From: Phoronis australis
Lineage: Eukaryota > Animalia > Phoronida
Reading direction: 5' to 3'
Length of the DNA: 64,000 nt
Assembly (NCBI GenBank): GCA_002633005.1
Contig: NMRA01000204.1
Coordinates: forward strand, 576,272 to 640,271
The position numbers were made by a program, and so were the translations under genes. The notes beneath the pieces are model-generated. The model made no database searches and was not told the origin of the DNA. It saw only the letters and a program-made list of their open reading frames with translations. Numbering within the stretch: position 1 is the stretch's first letter; each line of letters starts with the position of its first letter. Shown here in pieces: positions 51,123-61,348 of the stretch.

Positions 51123-52385
51123 TTCTAGAATAAGAACTCATAGACCAGACTATCAAGACTATAACATTGGACTGAACATATAGGCTGTATATACACAAAA
51201 CGTACCGAGAGTGGCGTACATGAAGTAATATCCCACGAGAAATTATTCCGCGTATCGACCGAGATCGAATTGTATTTATCCCATACGCTTCGAATTCCTA
51301 AGTTTCTTTTGCTTTTTCCGCAATTTTTTTAAAAACTTCACTCAGACTGTTCACGTTTTCTCTAGTAAAAGAAACAGTTTTAAATGTGACAATTTATTAC
51401 TTGTAAAGTGATAACAAAGATGAAAACAAGGGTAACTTTTCATTGAAATTGTAACATATTCTGAAAATAGTTAAATAACAATATTGAATATTGTAGTTAC
51501 CGAGGCATCGGCGCCTGAGTTGCAGGCGATAAGATGTTTAGCAAATGAAAACTAAGACAGAACTGTCATATAATTAACAGTCCTGTTCCAGATGTTACGA
51601 TTGATACCTGACTGTATGTTGAGCGTTATTTACACTGCTACAATTGCATTACTTTAAACTATTTTCCGAAAGTTTGGTAATCGAACCGGCTAATGACGTC
51701 GAGTCGACATTGACCTACCTTTTGACTGAATTTTCCATGTCAGAGGTCACTTTTGTAGTGCGGGAGGTGAATACGGAAAACTTTATCACATGGCCGTATT
51801 TCCCTCGACAGATTCAACGCGTATGGGATAAACTTGAATTCAGTTCGTTCCTTCAATTTTTCAAAAATTGTGGGCTAAACCAAAACTGTTACAGTTTTTA
51901 GTAGTAACGCGAGGATCATTGTAGAAAACATGGGTGTGGGTGAACTGACCCACACAGCCTAAAGTCCATGTGCCAACTGAATTTGGAGGACCTGTGAGCC
52001 ATGTTAGTTTTTGTCCTCTTTCGCCTCTAATTTTAATTGGCCCAGGCCGTTGTCCCGAATTAAGTAATCGCAGTACGCCAATGAAATTGTTTTTGCGCCA
52101 ATGATGCGGTGACACTAAATATTATCTCTGGTAGTAAACGGACAATCAACGTTGCTGGAGCCGCCGAGTTGTTGAATACAACGTCTAAAATTTAAATTAA
52201 ACCAAAAATTCCCCAAACCGTGAGCATTCACTCAACAGCAGTCGCGAAAATAGTGTCTGCGGAGGACAAAGCTAAAAGGTCCGCTGGCACAATATCGCAT
52301 TTCCTCGTTTTTGCAATAGCTGACCACGATGATGGAGTATACAAAACATATAAAGATATCAAGTGTTTTTTTTTAATGGCACCAG

Positions 52386-55142
52386 AAACCAGCGTCTGTT
52401 CACGGATACTGTGCCGAGGTCACAGAGCATTTGAAATGACGTTCGTCGACTGGCAGATGAAGCCAATCTTGCACCTGTCTAGACCTCTGCGCCTTGAGTG
52501 CTGCCTTCCGTGTTGTCTACAGGTAAGATAATGTTCTGGGATAATATCATATGTCTTAGTTTTAAGCAGTTGAATTCTGCATCATTCTGAATAATGTACA
52601 TTGCTACAATATCTGGTTTAACACTACTGTAATTCTAATGTATCGAGACACTTTGTTCCAAGTGATGTTTAGAGAACAATTGCGTCTTCACAAAAATTAC
52701 ACCCAATGAACCGAGTGAATTTTCAATTAAATGGGCGCCTGATCCTGCGCACTCACGAGTAAAATCTCTTCCGAATTGACTTCCGATGTTTTCACTAATT
52801 GTATAATGCGCGCATTTAGGCCCATGTGCCTATGTATATTGCAATCGATGTGTTTTAAAAATAAAAAGAGTATTACGAAACTGTTACCCACCTGAACATG
52901 TGTGCCCAAGCGTCCCTAGTTGATGGGTGCGGGCGTTACGTCTTGTCTACCACATATGCGCAGCGTTCGAAATACATGCTGGCCTGATGTCCCCGGGGCC
53001 AGTGGATTTGCCACCGGGCCAGTAACTTTTAAAAGATAAAACATATGGCACCTGGGCCGGTAAATTTTTAGACTAACTGGCCCATCGGGTCAGCCCATTG
53101 ATTTACTGAAGTTCGAACACTGCATGTGCGTGTAGTTTTACGTCTACACAATTCGTTTTTTCAAAAACTACTGAGCAATATTTTCGCATGCAGATGCACA
53201 CGGTTCACATGGAGGTGCATGACTCTAAGTACGGACATATGAAGTAAGTGCACAAACTGAGCGATTTCTCACTGTTTCCCCATCCATTCGTAAATTGAAA
53301 ACATCAATTTTTACAGTAGCAACACAACCACCGCTCTCATGCGCCGTTGCTTACTGTACTCACGTTTTTCACGTAAGTTACACAAGCGCCTCCAGTAAAA
53401 GCATGCGCCGTAAACTTAAAAACTGATCAGTTCAAACTTAATGGCTATCCCCACAACATTGCGCAGTTTCAAGAGTTATTTTATGTCGGCCAAGTTAACA
53501 AACCATTATGCACCGTGCATCTGACCTATGGCCAAGCAGAAAATACGTAATGTTGACAGGAGGTGGAAGTGCAAGCTCCACTAGGCTGGGTGGTGGGCTA
53601 CGTTAAACAGGTGTGGACATTGGTGTGTCCTCAGTTCCATATTACAAATGCTAACCGGGACACTCTACTACTAGTGAATGGACCCTGTTGTACATGTGGC
53701 TGTTGCGGAGATGTGGAATTCGAGGTGAGCTTTACAAGCTTTTTTGAGAACTATAATGACATAAGTCTCAATAACCTAGTATAAAAGAACGGCAGCAAGC
53801 CGCCTTCCATCACGAACACCAACTATTGACTCGATCACGAATTAGTTTCAAATTGTTTCTCAATCAAATTGAAGACAATTTCACGGCTTCGAAAGATGTG
53901 ACACTTCGCTATTGCTCGCAATCAGGATCTACAAATTGGCTTAGCGCGTCATATTTTTGCACCAAGCACGATTTCGAAAAATAACGACCTTTCAGTTCTT
54001 TGCCATACCGTCATACACTATTTCTCTTCTGAAAAAGATACAAGTTCAGAACCCGTGGTCCAAATCAAGTTCGCTTCCTAAACGAAAGGCGGATTTACAG
54101 CCGGACATAACTTCTGAAAAGCAATCCATACCAATTACGGGTAGGGACACAGCTGTGTTGATCCAATTCAATTTCTGTTTTCTCCGTTATATAGGTTCTC
54201 ACGACATGCTCCTTATGAAGTGCATACAACTGCTGTTTTTTGTAGATTACTACAAAATCTTACCAAGCTTCTTGTTTGGTTTGAAACTGAAAAGCTTACA
54301 AAACGTTAACTTATTCAACAGACCACATCATTGCTAGGTTTTTAAGAATGACTATGTAAACCACGTGACAACGAGGTTATGTAGGATATTACTGACAGGT
54401 TTGGCATTTTATCAAATATCTACAGAACTGTAGATTTCAAGTCAGTAAAAGCAGGAAGACTTCAGCGCTTAAACTCAAGACAGACTGAGCTGGAATTACA
54501 CCAGTGAGCACGAAAATGTCACAAGAACATGTTGCAATAGCAAGCATTAGCACTTTGCAATAAGAGACTCAATGCTAACCTTCACGATTTCATTTTCACG
54601 AAAGAGGTCGCTCTAGCCGGCTGGTGACTGGTTGCCAAGCGAAGCAATATCTTTTCGAGAAAGTTTTCATGATTTATCGCCTGACAGGTAAGATCTTCAG
54701 ACAACGTAACTGCACTAGGCAAAATTGCCAAGAAACGAGGCGGCTTGGTTAAGGAAGTGTTCACCGACGCAGATTCATTCGCAGTGTCATTTCCCATGGA
54801 CTTGGACGTCAAAGTAAAAGCAACCTTGCTTGGAGCCATTTTTTTAATTGTGAGTAATCCAGAAATGAATATATACAGGGATAACCACTTACAGTAGGCT
54901 TCCCAACAACTCTTTTTGTCTGGTATAACATAACTTAAACATAACTTCACCTTGGCCTTGGGACCAGTCTAGCAGTGCAACAAGGACGTCACAGAAACAA
55001 AAATATCAGTGGTTAAGTTTTCCTGTCCACAATACACATGATTTTGCTAAAACTCCCTAAAAAGTCATACACCAATCTTGTAAAACTTATTCTAATACTG
55101 TAAATTTCTATTTTATAGGATTTCATGTACTTTGAGAGATAG
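52386..55142 (+). CDS. PLSCR: Phospholipid scramblase 3' cassette 3 (exons D3-G3); no 5' exons of its own found
   Basis: D3 52386-52522 (137 nt, phase-1 start), E3 53560-53724 (165), F3 54688-54849 (162; GKIAKKRGGLVKEVFTDADSFAVSFPMDLDV), G3 55119-55142 (DFMYFER*). Frames open, splice sites canonical, AATAAA at 55305. Confidence 0.9.
52961..53122. mobile_element. hAT-like MITE with 8-bp TSD
   Basis: TIR CAGCGTTCGAA / TTCGAACACTG; flanks CATATGCG and CATGTGCG (one mismatch). Confidence 0.75.
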
Positions 55143-56892
55143 ACAGCCTCACTACAACAGTGACAGAGCTTGCCAACAGTCTGGTGACATTAAATAGAGT
55201 AAATGTTACCATTACCTGAATAGTCAACTTCATTTTTACATTCACCATTTCTGTAACATTTACTTTCATACCTGAAGCTCAAACAGCAACTTCATGGTAT
55301 TATTAATAAAACTTTTGGTTTGTAATGAGTTTATTCTTTTTTATGCAAAACAGTCAACATTCTCAGGCAGAATTTTAATAAGACAGTGTGACATAGCACT
55401 AACTCTGCGTAGTACAAGGTTATTCTGATGAATAATCTACCATAGATGAACCATTACTTCGACAAAGAACAGTTTTTCTTGCACGGACAGTAGACCACTA
55501 ATTTCTCATACACAGCTGTTATTTTTATGAACCAACTGTGAAATGTATGAAATATAAGAAACTAATGATTAAAAGTGAGTGACAATGAAACATCAGGACT
55601 TGAATTGGCTACCTGCAGGGTAACCGGAAGGATCCCTTAATGACTTGTGCACAATATGCCTTTCCTCTAGGTAGGAAGTGTGTCTGCATGGAATATTGGG
55701 TCCCAAGGGGGTAATTGGGCATTACCAACAGGACTTCATGCAGCGTTGTCCTGGGCGTCCATTGGGACGCCCTAGCACTAATCTGGACGCCCTGACAAGG
55801 ACGCCCAATGTATCATTTGGAGCCCTGTCAATCAGAATTTCTCCTTTGGACACCCACATTGTAAGATTACTAGGACACCCCAGTTAATGAAAGAGAGAAG
55901 TTGGGCCTTTCAACTAAAAAATAGATATACAATGAATACAAAATGTATGTAAAGTGTTACAATGTTCAAACCATTTTCAAAGTATTTAGTAGACCTGTAA
56001 TCATAAGCAGGTGCTTGGTTGCCAGAGTGTCTGCCATAGACATGTTAGCATCATCTGTGTATTTTTCTTGTGTTGGTAACTGCAGCTTTGATGACTCATT
56101 GTACATTATATAAAGCTAGTTAAGATGATATGATAAACTTTATACCAGCAATTTGCACTCATGGTTCAACCAAAATCTGTAATATCTGTAATACTTGTTT
56201 GGTTAGAAATTTGGCTGTTTTCGTAAATTTAGACATAAAAGTCTTGATCCACATATTTTTTTTTTAGTAAAAAGATCACTACAAGAGAGATGTTTTTGAA
56301 AACGTACATGTAAAAGACTTGTTCTGTGTGTGGGGGGAGGGGGTTACTGGTGAATGGTGGTGGGGAGTGGGGATAATGCGTCGTTGCAATCATGGATGCC
56401 CTGGAATCCTGGGAACCCCAGTTTGAACACCCTATTTTCGAAATCCTGGATAAAGCCCTGATTACCAAGTGCAAAACGCACTCCTAATCTGACTGAAAAC
56501 TCCACCTGATGGATATTGCGCAAACATCTGCCCACTGCATCAGCTTTTTAATTCGAGTATCTTGACTTTTTCATTTCCTGCTTCTGACAATAACGCGTAG
56601 TTTCTGTTTCATAAAATCAGCGACACACGTTAAGGCTGAGTTATTGACAACACAAGTTTTAACCCTGTCATGCACTCTCCTATAGTCCCATGATTCTGTT
56701 CATCCAATTGCTGCCAGTTAAAGCAAGTGCGTAGTTACATTGCAGTGTGAATTAACATATCCACAACTTCCTCGCTCTTTCCTCTCTCTGGGGCACTAAT
56801 ACACTCCAGACAGAAATGTGTCTCCCTCTCTCTGTAACCGAGGCATTAACAAGTGCCAGTCACAATAGATACTTGACTATTCTCTCCATCTT

Positions 56893-59800
56893 CTACTTCC
56901 CTATCCTCTGCACAACCCATTCTTGTTGACAGAGAGGACATCTGTTGTTCTGTTTCACCCACAACGACATACAACAGTTATGAAACGAATGATTGCACTC
57001 TCCCCATACAACTGAAATAACAATCATGCAGTCATGTCAATAAAATGAAATTCAGAGTTGACCACAGTTGAAAACAATGCTAAAGCCTAACCTCTGAGCA
57101 TCTCATTCTGGCAAATGAAAGTCATTGAGCAGAGTTCTGTACCACACTACAGGGATCTGTACTACGCTGCAGGGTTCTACCACACTGCATATAAGTGGTT
57201 ACATACCTGTGTTCCACAAACTTTTGACTTAAACATCTCATTGTTGGGACAACTGTTCCAAAGTCAAATAAGAAGTGATTTCTGGGTTTTGAAGGAACTG
57301 ACTGATTTACAGAAACTTTAAACCAGGCTCTACATGTTGACATGTTCCAATGGGTCAGTTTATGTGTTCATCACGGTCTTAAAATAACTGCCATTTCTTA
57401 CGACCCCAGACACCACTCCTGGTCTTAGGAACAAGATGAGATCAGTTATATTACCAACAAGTGGTCTTGATCAACAGTTTAGTCTCTGTGATGAATGCCT
57501 GTTTACAAAGGCAATTTATCTTACTAATATCTCATAAGCAAAACATTGACCAGCATATTCAAAACTGTTCCACATATGTCAGACTATGGGCAAATTAACT
57601 TATATTATTGGTATTTTTCTGAAAATGAACCCTTAACTGTTACTGCTTTTATTACACTGGAGATCTGGTAAATAGAAAGACAGTGACACTTCAAAGGGTT
57701 CCTCTATAAAAGAAGGAATAGAGTGACTTTACATTTCACCATTAAGACTAAAAGACATATGTTGGGCCATTGCACTTCTGCACTGTTAACAAGAACCTCT
57801 CCCCTTCAGCTGTTATCAGGGACAGCAACCACCTCCGGTAAAAAATCTGAGGTTATGACCTGTTGAGAATACCTAAGTGACCTAGGTCCTGAGGACAACG
57901 ATTGAATAGCTAACTTTCGAAATAGCCGCGCCATATTGAAATTCACAAACTCCTCAGACAGGGATCAGATCTTTGGTGGGTAGGCGTTCAGCTCCAGCTA
58001 GAGATCCCATGCAATGGGAACAGGTTTCAACCTACTGGTATAAACACCGTTTTAACACCTTTCCTGCTATTTCAGTGCCGCCAAATTTCCACTGCTGTGT
58101 AGTGCTATGTACTAATGCCTTACGAAAAAGGCAAACCTTTTCAAATATCAATGAATGAACAAGGACATCATGTTCCCTACAGTTCCCACTGCGAAGAAGT
58201 ATCCGCCAACAAAGCCAGTGGCTGTGGCCTGTAAAGCATGAGAATTTCAAACCCAGACAGTGTCAAAAAGCTAAAATAAATTAGTGAACTTAAACTAGTC
58301 AAAAAATGGGAGGGGCTGACATGGGAATTCATAATGAACCACTATGAAATAATTTTATTTCTGTCCACCAAATCTGAGTTGGAATCAATCGGAATTCACT
58401 TTCGTGCTCTCATTACTCTAGAGAGCACCAATACGAAAAGTCTCCTATTGTAGTGTTAGGGCCTTCACTCATCTGAGTGGAAAGTTGCCGAACAAAGAAT
58501 TGAGAGTCTTGACTTATCAGCACACACATCTAGTTCATAAGTATGGAATGAAGTGAGTTCCTCAAATTGTGTGAAAGCTATGAGAAATTTTTTCCAAGGC
58601 ATACACACATTGTCTTTCTACAGTCATACATACCAACACACTCCTCTCGTTTATTTTCTGGCTGACATCTTAAACAAGCATCTGAAAGAGGTAATGTTTG
58701 CATTTATTACACAACAATTACATTAATTTACATAATAACATTTTAGCATCGTGTCCGCCTCATTTCAAGGATTATGTTACTGATAGGTCTTCATTATCCT
58801 AGGACATGATGTTTTCTTAGTTATACTTTGTTCCATTGTTAGGTTCATGGGCACAAGTGCCCTGGTGGATGTCAGTACTCAGTTTATCATTACTGGACTT
58901 ATTTAGATTACCCAGTGCTAGAAAGGGAGTTATTCTCTCCACCCAAGCCCACCCTCTCTCGGACCAGGGGCCCATGCTCTCAAAAATCAAGAGAAGTGTT
59001 GTGACATACTGTCATACAGAACCTCTTTAAATCGCTTGCCTTGTTATTGAACGGTTTGGACACTTGACTCTCATACTGGTGACCTGTGTTCAACACCTGT
59101 CGTCGGCACGTTTTTTTCTACAGGACCGATTAGACAATACCACTGTCTCTACTGGCTCCAGTAGAGATGGTGGCCATCCCATAGGCCCTCAATACGTCGG
59201 AAGCTTTTTGACGAATTATGCCACAAACTGATTAAACCATCAACATCATGTTGCACATAGAGGGCCACCTTAGGAGACTTGATGTCTTTAATTCCTTCCA
59301 ACTCAAACAAATGCTCCCACAATCTAAACTTTTTTCAATCAGTCCTTCATTCACTTGCCTAAGAGATATGACATTATATCCCGAGGTGTGAGCGATTTAA
59401 AAATGGCGAGTTCTTGAATCAGGCAACTGAATGAAGGACTGATCGAAAAAAAAGTTTCATTGAGGGAGCATTTGTTTGAGTTGGAAGGAATTAAATATGT
59501 CAATGGCCCCCTACAGTGTCCCTCTATGTACAATGGTTCGCAACATGATTTTGATGGTTTAATGAGAGTAAGGCATAATTTGCCAAAAAGCTTCCGGTGT
59601 ATGGAAAGCCTATGGATGACTACCATCTCTACTGCAGCCAGTTGAGACAGTGGCACTGTCTCAGGTCCAATATGCTCAGTGCATTACTGTACTAAAATGT
59701 TGTATAGCACTTGTAGTGAATGCGCTTCAGTGCATCTACGGTAGTGGCGTCACGCGGAAGTTTACATCACATCCTGGGACTTTAGAATTCCTGTAGAGCA

Positions 59801-60680
59801 GCAGTTCAAAGTTAGGGAGTTACCACTGTGAAGTCTGGGTGTTCAGATGGGTTATTGCTGTGTGTTTGACTTGAGATAGTCACTGTGTACATTTGTGTAT
59901 AAATGTATATATTAGCTTGCACGCAGTACTAGCAGTTTGTAGAGTTCTGAGTGGACTGAGAGAAGCTATTCTAAGGTAAGCTGTTCTAGTAGTAATACTT
60001 GCTTCTATCTTGTGACTCCGAAAGACGAGACTTGTTCAGAGAGATTAAATCATATTATTCAGAGTATTTAGTGTAACAGGCCAGGGGCAGGGTGGAGTCA
60101 GTTAAGTTGCATTATATTGTAACAATGTGTTTAGGGTGGCACACAACACATTTAACCAAACCTCTTAAATTGTTTTAAAGGAAAAAAGAATGCTCTTGGT
60201 CAGTTCTTGCATGAAGTTGTGGTTTTATCAAAAATTGAATTCGTGTTTCTAGATCACTTAATTAGACCAGGCAGAAACTTCATAAAATTCTTTACTCAGT
60301 AGGTTATTCAGGTATCAACCAGCTGCTCTACAGCTTTCAAAATTGCTGCACAGATAAATCAAGAACAATACTTAATGACATGGGTTCTTCCAGTATTTAG
60401 TAAATTATCTGCAAAGTGAATCGAAAGTGACAACTGACCAAAGCGTGATGTTCTCATGTTCACTCTTTCTCATCTCAGTTTCTGTCAAATTAGTTTTCTG
60501 GACAACCCAATCTCCATACTGTGACCAAGATAAAAACTTACCCATAACTTGGACTCTACAGATTGCACACGTATCACTTTTTACGTCCCAGCTCCACATA
60601 GCAACCGCATTCCACTTCTTCAATGTGAACATTTTATCTGTTTTTGGTGGAGTTTCCCGATCTACTTCCATCTCCGACAT
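56893..60680 (-). CDS. RNF7: RING-box protein 2 (RBX2/SAG), 101 aa, complete
   Basis: Exons 60680-60542 (MSEMEVD...[30 protein letters not shown]), 58681-58634 ([16 protein letters not shown]) and 57011-56893 ([38 protein letters not shown]); 306 nt in total, GT-AG introns. Confidence 0.97.
59140..59653. mobile_element. Foldback MITE with about 220-bp inverted arms in RNF7 intron 1
   Basis: CCACTGTCTC...TTAATTCCTTCCAACTCAAACAAATGCTCCC...ATCAGTCCTTCATTCA is mirrored by TGAATGAAGGACTGAT...GGGAGCATTTGTTTGAGTTGGAAGGAATTAA...GAGACAGTGG. Confidence 0.88.
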
Positions 60681-61040
60681 TTTGTCTGATTTGTCACGCT
60701 CCCTGGTGGTAAGTTTACAGAAATGAATAATATTTTGTTTTAAACTTTCTTGTTGGTTAGGTTAAACTGTAATTATCGGACTGTTATTACTAATTTATTT
60801 TGATGTGTTAAAATATCATGTAGGTTGTTTTCTCTACAAAGGCGAATAAAAACAAAGGCGAATGAAAAAGGTATTAGTCACGTGACAAAAGATGGAGGTC
60901 ATAAACAAGGAAGTACCCTGTAGTTTCGAATTGGCATGGTGTGTTTACGTGAATACTGGTTGTGCGAATAGGTAATTACCTCGTAGGAACACGGTGCTGC
61001 GTCAAGTAATCTCTCAAGGGTATACACACGACAAGACAAG
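60681..61040. promoter_or_regulatory. Probable bidirectional promoter between RNF7 and the SH2 gene
   Basis: 360 bp between divergent ATGs; palindromic E-box GTCACGTGAC at 60877-60886; ETS-like AGGAAGT near 60908; YY1-like AAGATGG near 60889 and 61038; direct repeat ACAAAGGCGAAT twice. Confidence 0.6.
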
Positions 61041-61281
61041 ATGGCTAAACTTATTCACGATAATAAAGACCGTATCAATTCTAATGGAATTCAAGGCAAA
61101 TTGGAGATTGAAACCCTTTTAAAGGACCTAAGTCTAGAAGGTTGCACAGGTTCTATGGCCACGAGAAAAGTCGACGAAATTGTGAGAAAGGATGAAAAGG
61201 AACAAAGGAATACTGACCACACTATCTCTTGGTATCATGAGAAAATGAATAGAGAGGCAGCTGAAAAACTTCTGATGGAAG
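61041..61281 (+). CDS. First coding exon of an N-terminal SH2-domain protein (possibly Shark/HTK16- or Syk-type kinase); gene continues past the window
   Basis: ORF ends in WYHEKMNREAAEKLLME G|GTTAGT, the start of an SH2 domain (WYH...R..AE.LL) followed by a phase-1 donor. The start could also be the internal MATRK. Confidence 0.75.
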
Positions 61282-61348
61282 GTTAGTTTTGTGACCTCCA
61301 TGTCCATGGCTCCCACCAAGTAGACTCCTACACCGAGGTGCACTCTAC

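Noticed and set aside
51934-51969. Further 10-11-nt complements between the region before D3 and the C-D1 intron (35625-35635, about 35414-35423)
   Set aside because: Not nested with the main D3 pairing, one forms its own local hairpin, and matches of this length are expected by chance.
59698-60078. TGTT...AACA-bounded segment resembling a solo LTR in RNF7 intron 1
   Set aside because: No target-site duplication and no second copy in the window.
60570-60585. RNF7 DVKSDTC instead of vertebrate DVECDTC
   Set aside because: That Cys is not a RING zinc ligand (RBX1 lacks it) and all ligands are intact, so it is not evidence of pseudogenisation.
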